Under the pieces are notes generated by a model. It searched no databases. It was not told the origin of the DNA and was given only the letters and a program-made list of their open reading frames with translations. The position numbers and the translations under genes were made by a program. From assembly GCA_030696315.1 (NCBI GenBank), contig JAUYSM010000075.1, positions 72,580 through 136,579 on the forward strand: a stretch of DNA of 64,000 nt, in the 5' to 3' direction. This stretch comes from Pseudohongiella sp. (GTDB lineage: Bacteria > Pseudomonadota > Gammaproteobacteria > Pseudomonadales > Pseudohongiellaceae). Shown piece by piece: positions 38,146 through 47,945 of this stretch (its first letter is position 1; each line of letters starts with the position of its first letter).

Positions 38146-40113
38146 GTGACTATGGTCAAGAAATTCCGCCTGGACGAACACAAACACGAAATTCAGATAT
38201 TCAGTCGGCGTCTGGTTGTTGCCTGTGCGGTGGTTGCTCTGCTGGCGATGATTCTGATTGGCTGGATGATCAATCTGCAGTTTGTAAACCACAATTATTA
38301 CTCTGAGCGATCGGAGGGTAATCGTTTGCACTCGCAGTTTATACCGCCTACCCGCGGGCTGATCTATGACCGCAACGGCGTCTTACTGGCCGACAATCGA
38401 CCTATTTTTAACCTCACCGTGGTGCGTGAACTGGCAACGGAGTTTGATAGTTCGCTGGCATTGCTTCGTGAAGAAATTGGATTGAGTGACGAAGAGCTCG
38501 AGCAGTATCAGGCGCGCCTGAGTCGGCGGTCTGTTCCCATGAGTTCCGTACCCCTGAAGTTCAAACTCAGCGACGAAGAGATTGCGCATATTGCAGTCAA
38601 TCAGCACAAATTGCCGGGATTGGCCGTTGAAGCGCAGCTCGTCCGTTATTACCCGTTTGGCGAGTCTATTGCCCATGCTCTGGGGTATGTGTCTGAAATC
38701 AATCGCGAAGAATTGCAGGGTATGTCTGAGGAACAAGTGCTGGATTACCGTGGTACCAATCAGATCGGCAAAACCGGTATCGAAAAGACCTACGAAGATT
38801 ATCTGCACGGCAGCGTTGGTTTCGAGACGGTTGAGAAGAACAACCGCGGTCGAGTAACGCGTGTACTGGGGCGCAATGATCCAATTCCTGGTATGGATGT
38901 GCAACTTCACATTGATGTTGAGCTGCAGCGCGCTGCTGAGGCAGCTTTAGGTGATAGACGCGGTGCCATAGTGGCGATAGAGCCCTCTACCGGCGGCATT
39001 CTGGCCATGGTCAGTAAACCGGGTTACGACCCCAATCTGTTTGTGACGGGTATTTCTCGTGACCAGCTGGCTGCGCTGAACAGCTCTCGCCATTCCCCCA
39101 TGTTTAATCGCGCGGTCAATTCACGTGTGCCGGGCTCAACGATCAAACCATTTATTGGTTTGGCCGGGCTTTACCATGGTGTTGTCACACCGGAAACGTT
39201 GATTTCAGATCCCGGTTATTATCGTTTGCCCGGTCGCGCGCGGCCCTACTACGATTGGACCTGGTGGGTTGATAAATCCGGCCATGGCTCGGTGGATCTT
39301 GAGCGCGCTATTTACCAGTCATGCAACACTTACTTCAGCCATGTGGCGGTTGAGCTGGGGATACAGACAATTCACGATTACCTCTTGACCTGGGGTTTTG
39401 GTACCAACGCCAGCATTGATGTCCCCGAAGCAAATCGTGGCATAGTGCCGTCGCCAGAATGGAAACGAGCTGTTAAAAACGAACCATGGTACCCGGGTGA
39501 AACACCCGCTGAAGGATTTGGCAACGGTATGTTCCAGGCCACCACCTTGCAGATGGCCAGTGCGGTGGCCACTATTGCCAATCACGGTGTATTAAAACGA
39601 CCGCGTTTTTTGAAGGCCGTGCAAGATGGAACCGATGACTTTGCCGATATCCTGTTTGACGGTGAAGAGGTGACGCAGCCACTGCTCCCCTCGCCAGAAA
39701 ACATTGCTCTGGTGCGGCAAGCCATGGAGCACACCGTCAGCAAACCGTATGATCGTAATAATCGCAGGCATGAAGGCACCGCCTATCCGTTTGTGGCGGG
39801 TGCAAAACCGCTGGCCTACCCCATGGGCGGAAAATCCGGTACCGCGCAGGTAGTGGGCGTTCAGGTAGATTCGCGCGGCAATCGAATTGAACCTGATCAT
39901 GTCAGTGATGAACATTTGAACCACGCGATGTTTATTGCGTTTGATGCATCACCACAATCCAGAATCGCAGTGGCTGTTTTTATAGAAAATGGTGAAGGCG
40001 GCAGCTCTCAGGGTGGACCACTGGCGAGGGAGATTCTGGATGCCTATATGTTGCCATTGCTTGAGAAAGAGGCGGCTGGGGCAGATAGCCTGTTACTGAC
40101 AAGCAGGCCGTAA
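38146..40113 (+). CDS. mrdA: Penicillin-binding protein 2
   Basis: PTRGLIYDRNG, GKTGIEK, catalytic motifs PGSTIK, SCN, KSGTAQ. Confidence 0.93.
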   Translation: MTMVKKFRLDEHKHEIQIFSRRLVVACAVVALLAMILIGWMINLQFVNHNYYSERSEGNRLHSQFIPPTRGLIYDRNGVLLADNRPIFNLTVVRELATEFDSSLALLREEIGLSDEELEQYQARLSRRSVPMSSVPLKFKLSDEEIAHIAVNQHKLPGLAVEAQLVRYYPFGESIAHALGYVSEINREELQGMSEEQVLDYRGTNQIGKTGIEKTYEDYLHGSVGFETVEKNNRGRVTRVLGRNDPIPGMDVQLHIDVELQRAAEAALGDRRGAIVAIEPSTGGILAMVSKPGYDPNLFVTGISRDQLAALNSSRHSPMFNRAVNSRVPGSTIKPFIGLAGLYHGVVTPETLISDPGYYRLPGRARPYYDWTWWVDKSGHGSVDLERAIYQSCNTYFSHVAVELGIQTIHDYLLTWGFGTNASIDVPEANRGIVPSPEWKRAVKNEPWYPGETPAEGFGNGMFQATTLQMASAVATIANHGVLKRPRFLKAVQDGTDDFADILFDGEEVTQPLLPSPENIALVRQAMEHTVSKPYDRNNRRHEGTAYPFVAGAKPLAYPMGGKSGTAQVVGVQVDSRGNRIEPDHVSDEHLNHAMFIAFDASPQSRIAVAVFIENGEGGSSQGGPLAREILDAYMLPLLEKEAAGADSLLLTSRP

Positions 40114-40212
40114 CGCGGTAACATCATTGCGTTTTAAAACGGTTCCACGCCGGTCTCGTTATGCGCTTATCAAGAGCCCGAATCCACGAACCTGAACTAA
40201 AGAGAAAGTGCT

Positions 40213-41097
40213 TTGAATTTAAAACTATTTCTTCTGTCATCATGTTTGCTTTTGCTGGCAGCCTGTCAAAGCGCATCGCCCCCGCCGTCGTCGTCTGCAC
40301 CCGTTGCAAACGCCGGGCGATACAGTATTTCTCAGGATAGAGCGCCTTCGCAGCCCCTGGACCCTTCGCAGATTCGAGAAGTGATTCCTGTGCCGATCAA
40401 TCGCACTATGGCTGGCAACCGTTCACCCTATACGGTGAATGGCCGCAGCTACCGTGTGATGCAAAGTGAAGAGGGTTTCCAACAAACGGGACTGGCTTCT
40501 TGGTACGGCGAAAAATTCCACGGGCACCAGACTTCTAATGGAGAAATTTTCGACATGTTCCAGGTGTCGGCGGCGCACACAAGTTTGCCGATTCCCAGCT
40601 TTTTGCGCGTAACCAATCTGGAAAATCAGCGCAGTATTATTGTGCGTGTGAACGACCGCGGCCCCTTTCATAATGATCGGGTCATCGACCTTTCGTATGC
40701 CGCCGCTTACAAACTGGGTTTCTCCAATCAAGGGACAGCACTGGTGCATCTGGAAGCGATAGTGCCAGGGCAGAACGTGATCCTTGCGGCCAATACTGCG
40801 TCCAATACCACGGTGGCGTCGACGACTACTTCAGCGTCAACAAACCCGGTGTCGGCAACCGATCGCTACTTACAGGCGGGGGCGTTTTCTGACCTGCGTG
40901 CAGCACAACGTCTGTCCGACCGACTGCGCGATCTGACCAGCCGCCCCGTGTTTATCAGGTCTATTCAGGCCGCAAATTCAAATCAGCAGTTGCATCGCGT
41001 TCGGGTCGGCCCCATATCTGACCCGCGGGAAATCGAACGAATTTCCGAGTTGATGCAGTCAGCAAATCTGGGGCAGCCCTATGTGGTTGAAGAATGA
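40213..41097 (+). CDS. rlpA: Septal ring lytic transglycosylase RlpA (lipoprotein with SPOR domain)
   Basis: Lipobox LAAC; GLASWYG, AAHTSLP, RVNDRGPF; SPOR LQAGAFS...HRVRVGP. Confidence 0.93.
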   Translation: MNLKLFLLSSCLLLLAACQSASPPPSSSAPVANAGRYSISQDRAPSQPLDPSQIREVIPVPINRTMAGNRSPYTVNGRSYRVMQSEEGFQQTGLASWYGEKFHGHQTSNGEIFDMFQVSAAHTSLPIPSFLRVTNLENQRSIIVRVNDRGPFHNDRVIDLSYAAAYKLGFSNQGTALVHLEAIVPGQNVILAANTASNTTVASTTTSASTNPVSATDRYLQAGAFSDLRAAQRLSDRLRDLTSRPVFIRSIQAANSNQQLHRVRVGPISDPREIERISELMQSANLGQPYVVEE

Positions 41098-41119
41098 AGT
41101 TTCAAACAGGATTTTTGGT

Positions 41120-42364
41120 ATGAGCAAGCAAACACAACAAAACGTCACGCCAGTGACTCGCTGGCGTCGTAGTGTCGCGATCTTGCTGGCGGGGTCTGTG
41201 GCATTGAGTTCAGCAGTGATGTCGTTTGCACAAACGCCAACACCCAGGCCAACAACGCCTGCACCCACGATACAGGCAATTGTGCCAAGAGCGCCTGACA
41301 TCGCGGGCAGCAGCTACATCCTGATAGATGCAGTCACCGGCCATGTTGTCATGGAGCAAAACTCGGATGAGTCATTACCTCCGGCCAGTCTGACCAAAAT
41401 CATGACAGCCTACGTGGCTGAATATGAGATCGACAATGGCAATTTGAGTCTGGATGATCAGGTGTTTATCAGTGAACGCGCCTGGCGCACGCAGGGCTCT
41501 AAAACCTTTGTCGACGTCAACAGTTACGTACGTGTGGAAGATCTGTTACGCGGCATCATCATTCAGTCCGGCAATGATGCCAGTGTGGCCATGGCTGAGC
41601 ATATTGCCGGCAGTGAAGAGGCGTTTGCTGACTTGATGAACCAGCATGCGCGTCGTTTAGGCATGACCAACTCCTACTTCGTCAACTCCAGTGGGTTGGA
41701 CGATACTGGTCAGACCAACCTGATGTCTGCTCGTGATCTGGCAACATTGGCCCGTGTCAAAATTCTGCAACACCCGGTGCACTACCGGATGTATTCCGAG
41801 CGCGAGTTTACCTTTAACGGTATTCGACAGCCGAACCGAAACACACTGTTGTTCAGAGACAACACGGTTGATGGTATGAAAACGGGCTGGACGACCCCGG
41901 CGGGTTACTGCCTGGTGGCATCTGCCCAGCGTGATGGCATGCGATTGATTGCGGTTGTCATGGGGACTGCCAGTGAAGAAGCGCGTGCCGTTGAAGCGCA
42001 GAAAATGCTCAGTTATGGTTTCCGGTTTTTTGAAACTCATAAATTGTATGAAGCGGGCCAGGTGCTGCAATCCCTGCGAGTCTGGTCAGCGGCTGAGAAC
42101 GAAATTGAGGTTGGTATCCCCAATGAGGTACTGATCACGCTGCCACGCGGAAGAGCCGGTGAATTGGTGACCACCTTGAGCACTGAAGAAACCTTGCGTG
42201 GTGCCATTGAAGCAGGCCAGGTATTGGGCACAGTACAAGTCACGCTGGACGAGGACGTAATATACAGCGGTGAGGTTGTTGCGATGAAATCACTTGAGCG
42301 TGCTGGTTTGCTCAAGCGCTTGATAGACGCGCTGACATTATTCTTTATGGGTTTATTCAGCTGA
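41120..42364 (+). CDS. dacA: D-Ala-D-Ala carboxypeptidase (PBP5/6, peptidase S11)
   Basis: PASLTK, SGN, GMKTGWT, C-terminal PBP5_C region; ATG at 41120. Confidence 0.92.
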   Translation: MSKQTQQNVTPVTRWRRSVAILLAGSVALSSAVMSFAQTPTPRPTTPAPTIQAIVPRAPDIAGSSYILIDAVTGHVVMEQNSDESLPPASLTKIMTAYVAEYEIDNGNLSLDDQVFISERAWRTQGSKTFVDVNSYVRVEDLLRGIIIQSGNDASVAMAEHIAGSEEAFADLMNQHARRLGMTNSYFVNSSGLDDTGQTNLMSARDLATLARVKILQHPVHYRMYSEREFTFNGIRQPNRNTLLFRDNTVDGMKTGWTTPAGYCLVASAQRDGMRLIAVVMGTASEEARAVEAQKMLSYGFRFFETHKLYEAGQVLQSLRVWSAAENEIEVGIPNEVLITLPRGRAGELVTTLSTEETLRGAIEAGQVLGTVQVTLDEDVIYSGEVVAMKSLERAGLLKRLIDALTLFFMGLFS

Positions 42365-42366
42365 TC

Positions 42367-42654
42367 ATGCAAAATTTCACGACTGAAAATACGCCTGATG
42401 CGCCAAGAATCGAGTTTCCTTGCCGCTATCCGGTCAAGGTGATGGGCGAGGCGCATGAAACATTTCATGCTGAGGTGCGCGCAGTATTTGAGCGTCATGC
42501 GCCGGGTGTGGAAGACGATCACATCAGTGTCCGCCCCAGCACCAAACGCAACTACATTGCTATTACCGTGGTGATTGAAGCGACCGGCAAGGAGCAGCTT
42601 GAGGTGCTGTTTGCCGAGCTGAAAACACTGGCGGCCGTCAAGCTGGTGTTATGA
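42367..42654 (+). CDS. ybeD: DUF493/YbeD family protein
   Basis: [21 protein letters not shown]; canonical position between dacA and lipB. Confidence 0.88.
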   Translation: MQNFTTENTPDAPRIEFPCRYPVKVMGEAHETFHAEVRAVFERHAPGVEDDHISVRPSTKRNYIAITVVIEATGKEQLEVLFAELKTLAAVKLVL

Positions 42655-43331
42655 GTCAATCCGACAATGGCAGTGAACATCGCCAATTGATCGTACGGCA
42701 GTTAGGGTTGACCGACTACGAACCTGTCTGGCGAGCCATGCAAGCTTTCACTGATACGCGTCAGCCAGAGTCCCCGGATGAACTCTGGTTGTTGTCTCAC
42801 CGGCCGGTGTTTACGCAAGGGCAGGCCGGCAAAGCCGAACATGTGCTGGCCCCCGCGCAAATTCCTGTGATTCAGATCGATCGTGGTGGGCAGGTAACGT
42901 ATCATGGCCCTGGTCAGTTGGTTGTTTATCTCTTGATTGATGTACGCAGGGCCGGTATCGGTGTGCGCGAGCTCGTCAGTATCATTGAGCGGGCCATTGT
43001 CGACACGCTGGCGTGTGTAAAAATTTCCGCACAAGCCAAGGCCGGGGCGCCCGGTGTCTATGTGGGAGACGCTAAAATAGCCTCGCTTGGACTGCGAATA
43101 CGGCGCGGTTGCTCGTATCATGGCATGAGTTTGAATGTTGCTATGGATATGGAGCCATTTAATCGAATAAATCCATGTGGATATCAAGGGTTACAAGTTA
43201 CGCAGGTCATTGACCTTGCGCCGGAGAAAAACCCGGAAACCTTGATGGAATCCATGGAGAAACTGGTGCTGCAGAATTTGATACTGCAGCTTGGACCTTA
43301 TAGCTGGATAGATGTCAGGCAGGAGTTGTAG
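42651..43331 (+). CDS. lipB: Octanoyltransferase
   Basis: [38 protein letters not shown]. Confidence 0.96.
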   Translation: MSQSDNGSEHRQLIVRQLGLTDYEPVWRAMQAFTDTRQPESPDELWLLSHRPVFTQGQAGKAEHVLAPAQIPVIQIDRGGQVTYHGPGQLVVYLLIDVRRAGIGVRELVSIIERAIVDTLACVKISAQAKAGAPGVYVGDAKIASLGLRIRRGCSYHGMSLNVAMDMEPFNRINPCGYQGLQVTQVIDLAPEKNPETLMESMEKLVLQNLILQLGPYSWIDVRQEL

Positions 43332-43335
43332 TCTC

Positions 43336-44313
43336 ATGTCAACGCAACAAGAAGTGACGGGCAGACGTAATGTGCTGGTCGAGGGCGAGAAACTGCGTGG
43401 CGCCGAAAAAGTTGCCCGCATTCCTGTCAAAGTGATCCCCACCGTGGAGTTGCCGGTCAAACCTGACTGGATCAGAGTGCGAATTCCGGCATCACCAAAA
43501 ATAGCCCAGATCAAAGAGCAATTGCGCAAACACAAACTGGCATCAGTCTGTGAAGAGGCATCCTGCCCGAATCTTGGTGAATGCTTCAGTAATGGCACCG
43601 CAACATTTATGGTGATGGGTGAAATCTGTACCCGCCGCTGTCCGTTCTGTGATGTTGCCCACGGTAAACCCAAACCCCTGGATGAAAACGAGCCACGCGA
43701 ACTGGCTCAAGCCATATCGGAAATGGGACTACGCTATGTGGTGATCACATCCGTTGACCGTGACGACCTGAAAGACAGTGGTGCACAACATATTGCAAAC
43801 TGCATTACTGAAACGCGTTACTACAATCCCGGTATAAAAGTAGAAGTGTTAGTGCCGGATTTCAGGGGGCGTATGCGGGCTGCGCTCGATATTCTTGAAA
43901 AGACGCCGCCGGATGTGTTTAATCACAACCTCGAAACGGTACCGCGACTTTACAAACAGGCGCGCCCGGGTGCGGATTACCAATGGTCGCTGGACTTGCT
44001 CAAACAGTACAAAGCAAGGCAGCCCAATGTGCCCACCAAGTCAGGTTTGATGTTGGGTCTGGGTGAAACCAAGGAAGAAGTCATGCAGGTATTGCAGGAC
44101 CTCAGAGCACACAATGTTGAAATGATTACGCTGGGGCAGTACTTGCAGCCAAGCCGGAACCATCTGGCGGTGCAACGGTTTGTTCATCCAGATGAATTTG
44201 AAGAGTTGCGCTTGTTTGGTGAGGCGCTTGGATTTAAGCAGGTTGCCAGTGGACCGATGGTTCGCTCGTCCTACCACGCAGATAAACAAGCTGCTGGTGA
44301 ATCAGTGAAATGA
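43336..44313 (+). CDS. lipA: Lipoyl synthase
   Basis: [26 protein letters not shown]; AGGAG before ATG 43336. Confidence 0.97.
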   Translation: MSTQQEVTGRRNVLVEGEKLRGAEKVARIPVKVIPTVELPVKPDWIRVRIPASPKIAQIKEQLRKHKLASVCEEASCPNLGECFSNGTATFMVMGEICTRRCPFCDVAHGKPKPLDENEPRELAQAISEMGLRYVVITSVDRDDLKDSGAQHIANCITETRYYNPGIKVEVLVPDFRGRMRAALDILEKTPPDVFNHNLETVPRLYKQARPGADYQWSLDLLKQYKARQPNVPTKSGLMLGLGETKEEVMQVLQDLRAHNVEMITLGQYLQPSRNHLAVQRFVHPDEFEELRLFGEALGFKQVASGPMVRSSYHADKQAAGESVK

Positions 44314-44366
44314 ATAGGCCAGCAGGCCACGCCGCTTAAAAAATAAGCAGTTCAAGAGGAAAAGGC

Positions 44367-45347
44367 ATGAATGTCAGGCAGGTATTGATCAGTCAAATCA
44401 GGCGCTATGGTGCTGTTCTTGCACTGTTAGTGGCGACAGGTGCAACGTCTGCACATGCCAACCCTCTGGTGCGTGTTACAACGACCTATGGCGACTTCAC
44501 CTTGGAGCTTCTCCAGGACAGTGCCCCTGATACCGTGTCCAATTTCCTGGGATACGTTGATCGCGGTGACTTCAGCCGCGTGGTTGTTCATCGATCGGTG
44601 ACAGATTTTGTGATCCAGGGTGGACAGTTCCGCTGGCTTGGTGATTGTGTCAATTTGATTCTTGGCAATTGCGGACCTGCGTTTGTGCCAGTTGGCCCTA
44701 CAGTTGTGAACGAACCCGGCGTCTCCAACCTGCGTGGTACAGTGGCCATGGCAAAAATGGATGGTTTTGTGAACAGTGCAACCAACCAATGGTTTATCAA
44801 TCTGGCGGATAACTCTGCAAACCTGGACGCGCAGAACGGCGGATTCACGGTGTTCGCCAGAGTGCTCGGCAATGGCATCAGTGTTGCTGATGCTATCAAC
44901 GACCTGCCTTTGACCTTTGTCAGCGACTCTGTGACTGACATGCCGGTGCGTGATTACGGCGCAACGGCTACCGGGCCTGTTGAGAAAAATCTGGTGTTGA
45001 TGAATGTCTACCGTGTACAACGCTTCAGCGAGAGCATGCATGTGTTTGACTACGGCACGGGCTTGCTGAATACCTATGTTAACGGTGGTCAAACACTTGG
45101 CAACGTTGGGTTGGTGATGCAAATCGTTGAAGATGGCTCACAAATCGTGTTCCAGGTTGACCCGCGCAGCATCATTCCCTTGGCAATTACCCCCGCTGGC
45201 ATGGCGTCTTACTCAGAAAGTGATCAGCGTCTGCGTATACCTCAGGTTGAACTCAATCAAAATGGACAGGTCAGTCAGGTCAGCAATGTGGTCATGCGTC
45301 TGGTTGATGCGGTTAACCTGCGATTTGTGATTGAATCCTACGAGTAA
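44367..45347 (+). CDS. Exported cyclophilin-type peptidyl-prolyl isomerase with ~100 aa C-terminal extension
   Basis: APDTVSNF, HRSVTDFVIQGG, NLRGTVAMA, SATNQWFIN, GFTVFARV; signal peptide ending AHA. Confidence 0.88.
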   Translation: MNVRQVLISQIRRYGAVLALLVATGATSAHANPLVRVTTTYGDFTLELLQDSAPDTVSNFLGYVDRGDFSRVVVHRSVTDFVIQGGQFRWLGDCVNLILGNCGPAFVPVGPTVVNEPGVSNLRGTVAMAKMDGFVNSATNQWFINLADNSANLDAQNGGFTVFARVLGNGISVADAINDLPLTFVSDSVTDMPVRDYGATATGPVEKNLVLMNVYRVQRFSESMHVFDYGTGLLNTYVNGGQTLGNVGLVMQIVEDGSQIVFQVDPRSIIPLAITPAGMASYSESDQRLRIPQVELNQNGQVSQVSNVVMRLVDAVNLRFVIESYE

Positions 45348-45407
45348 GACGTCGAAGAAGCGGAAAATACTTCGCGTCACATAATAAAAATCCAGACCGG
45401 CAGGAGT

Positions 45408-46766
45408 ATGACAGGCATGAGTACAGCGCGCGGAGAGTTCAGTTCAAGATTTGGTTTTCTCATGGCGGCCACTGGCTCTGCTGTAGGTCTCGGCAATATC
45501 TGGGGTTTCCCAACCAATGCGGCCAGTAACGGTGGCGCTGCGTTCCTGTTTACCTATGTGATTCTGGCATTTGTTTTGGCTTATCCGGCGTTGATGGCTG
45601 AGCTGATCATTGGTCGTCACGCCAAAGCGAATGCGGTTACTGCGCTCAGTGGATTGGCGTCTACACCAGGGACTGCACGCTTAGGCGCCGGTGTTGGTTT
45701 TGCTGGCATGGTAACGGTAACGCTGATATTGAGTTTTTATGCCATTGTCAGCGGCTGGATGCTGGCGTTTATGACAGCCTCTATCGCCGACATTGCTCGA
45801 CTGGAGACGGCTTCAAACTGGCTGACGCAATCCGGTACAGTTCGCGATGCCTTGTTTACGTTGATTTTTTACGTACTCACGATCTATATCGTGGTGGCTG
45901 GAGTGCGCAATGGTATTGAGAAATGGTCCTCGCGATTGATGCCGTCTTTGTACCTGATATTGATTGCGTTAATCATTTATGTGTTGACCCTTGATGGTGC
46001 CATGGACGGGTTGCGGATGTATCTGGTACCGGATTTCAGTCGGGTTGCTGATCCTGAGTTGATATTAAGTGCCATGGGCCAGGCATTCTTTTCGCTGTCT
46101 CTGGGCGTAGGAACCATGCTTATATATGGCTCCTATGTCAGTAAAAAGGAAAATCTCCCCGCTATTGGTGGCATGGTTACCTTGATGGATATCTCGGTAG
46201 CGGTGCTCGCAGGCTTGCTGATTTTGCCAGCAATGACGGTCGCACAACTGAACGGCATCGAGATCTATGATGCACAGGGTGGCTTGATTGCAGGCCCCGC
46301 CTTGATTATTTCGGTATTGCCGGCGTTGTTTGATCAAATGGGTGATGCTGGCATTCTGGTAGCAGTCGCATTTTTCACCTTGATGAGCATTGCCTCTTTG
46401 ACCTCATCAATTTCAATGCTGGAAGTGCCAGTGTCGTATTTTGTAGAAGATCGCGGGGTCTCCAGACGAAAGGCAGGTGTGCTGCTTGGTGCTGCAACGG
46501 CCACCGTCAGCCTGATCATTGTATGGAACTTCGGTTTATTGTTTGACTGGGTGGTGCGCTTGACCACGGAGTTCAGTCAGCCGTTATTAGGATTCTTTTT
46601 TGCGGTATTTGCTGGCTGGGTCTGGAATCGTAACGCGCTGTTGGCTGAAATCAAGCAGGGCCACGCAGAGGCGGAGTCTGGTCTTTTCTGGCGTATCTGG
46701 CCGTGGTACATCAAGTTTGTATGCCCATTGATCATTCTGGCAGTTTATATTCAGATGATTTTCTGA
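45408..46766 (+). CDS. Sodium-dependent transporter (NSS/SNF family)
   Basis: GSAVGLGNIWGFP, GGAAF, GQAFFSLSLG, YGSY. Confidence 0.93.
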   Translation: MTGMSTARGEFSSRFGFLMAATGSAVGLGNIWGFPTNAASNGGAAFLFTYVILAFVLAYPALMAELIIGRHAKANAVTALSGLASTPGTARLGAGVGFAGMVTVTLILSFYAIVSGWMLAFMTASIADIARLETASNWLTQSGTVRDALFTLIFYVLTIYIVVAGVRNGIEKWSSRLMPSLYLILIALIIYVLTLDGAMDGLRMYLVPDFSRVADPELILSAMGQAFFSLSLGVGTMLIYGSYVSKKENLPAIGGMVTLMDISVAVLAGLLILPAMTVAQLNGIEIYDAQGGLIAGPALIISVLPALFDQMGDAGILVAVAFFTLMSIASLTSSISMLEVPVSYFVEDRGVSRRKAGVLLGAATATVSLIIVWNFGLLFDWVVRLTTEFSQPLLGFFFAVFAGWVWNRNALLAEIKQGHAEAESGLFWRIWPWYIKFVCPLIILAVYIQMIF

Positions 46767-46767
46767 G

Positions 46768-47940
46768 TCAGAAACTCGATAACGCTGCGCAAAAAGCCAC
46801 AATCTCGGCTTCCGTGTTGTAGTAATGCACGGAGGCTCTGTTGACATCCCCCAATTGTCGATCAGGAAAATCCAGTTGTGTGTTCTGGCATCGGATAACA
46901 GAGGTGTTTATCCTGTGTTTGCGCAGCTGGGTCTGAACATCACTGGCTGAGTGGCGTTCGCTGCTGAATGTCACAATACCACTGAGTTTATCCCCATGCT
47001 CGTGCACGGTAAGCCCCGGCAATTGACTGATGGCATCGCGCAAGGTTGCTGCCAGGGTTTGAACTGTGGATTCAATCTCAGCAAGGCCAATGCGAAGCGC
47101 ATAATCTGCAGCAACCGCCAAACCAATTTTGCCCGCGACGTAGTGTTCCCACACTTCAAAACGACGCGCGTCATCTCTGAGCAAATAATGATCGCGTGAC
47201 AACCAACTGGCTGACTGCAGATCAATGCTCTGTGGTTGCAGGTAGTTGAGGATGCTGTGTCGTACATACATAAAACCTGTGCCACGTGGCCCGCGCAGGT
47301 ACTTTCGGCCCGTACCTGTCAGCATGTCACAGCCAAGTTCATTCACATCAAGGTGCATCTGACCCGCTGATTGACAGGCATCGAGTAGATAGAGGATGTG
47401 GTGTTTACGGGCGAGTTTGCCAAGCTCCGCCGCAGGCTGAATGACACCACTCTGGCTGGCGACGTGCGTTAGCGCGATCAGGCGAACATTGTTGTCCAGT
47501 TTGCTTTCCAGGGTTTCCAGACGAATCACGCCAGCATCGTTGTTAGGGATTACCTCGATTTTGACGCCTTTATGTTTGGCAAGGTGCAGCAGGCTAAGAT
47601 AGTTGCTCGCATATTCTGATTGGCCGGTGATAATCCGGTCGCCAGCTTCAAAGGGTACAGACAGCAATAGCTGTGTCCAGGCGCGCGTGCAGTTTTCTGC
47701 AAACGCTACTTCGCGTGGAGCACAGTTGAGTAATCTGCCAAAGCAATGATAGAAGTCTTCTGACAACTTTGCGTTGTGTTCAGCGGCTTCATACCCACCT
47801 ATTCGCTGTTCAAGAAGCAAGTGATGGAGCACAGCATCTGTCACATCACGGGGCTGCAAGGCAGCCCCGGCATTATTAAAATGGATCAGGTCTTTGCAAG
47901 CGGGTGTATCACTGCGAACTTGACCCAGATTGATGCTCAT
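46768..47940 (-). CDS. Class V PLP aminotransferase / cysteine desulfurase-like
   Basis: HFNNAGAA, LLDACQSAG, TGRKYLRGPRGTG, RASVHYYNT. Confidence 0.88.
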   Translation of the reverse strand: MSINLGQVRSDTPACKDLIHFNNAGAALQPRDVTDAVLHHLLLEQRIGGYEAAEHNAKLSEDFYHCFGRLLNCAPREVAFAENCTRAWTQLLLSVPFEAGDRIITGQSEYASNYLSLLHLAKHKGVKIEVIPNNDAGVIRLETLESKLDNNVRLIALTHVASQSGVIQPAAELGKLARKHHILYLLDACQSAGQMHLDVNELGCDMLTGTGRKYLRGPRGTGFMYVRHSILNYLQPQSIDLQSASWLSRDHYLLRDDARRFEVWEHYVAGKIGLAVAADYALRIGLAEIESTVQTLAATLRDAISQLPGLTVHEHGDKLSGIVTFSSERHSASDVQTQLRKHRINTSVIRCQNTQLDFPDRQLGDVNRASVHYYNTEAEIVAFCAALSSF

Positions 47941-47945
47941 CAGAT

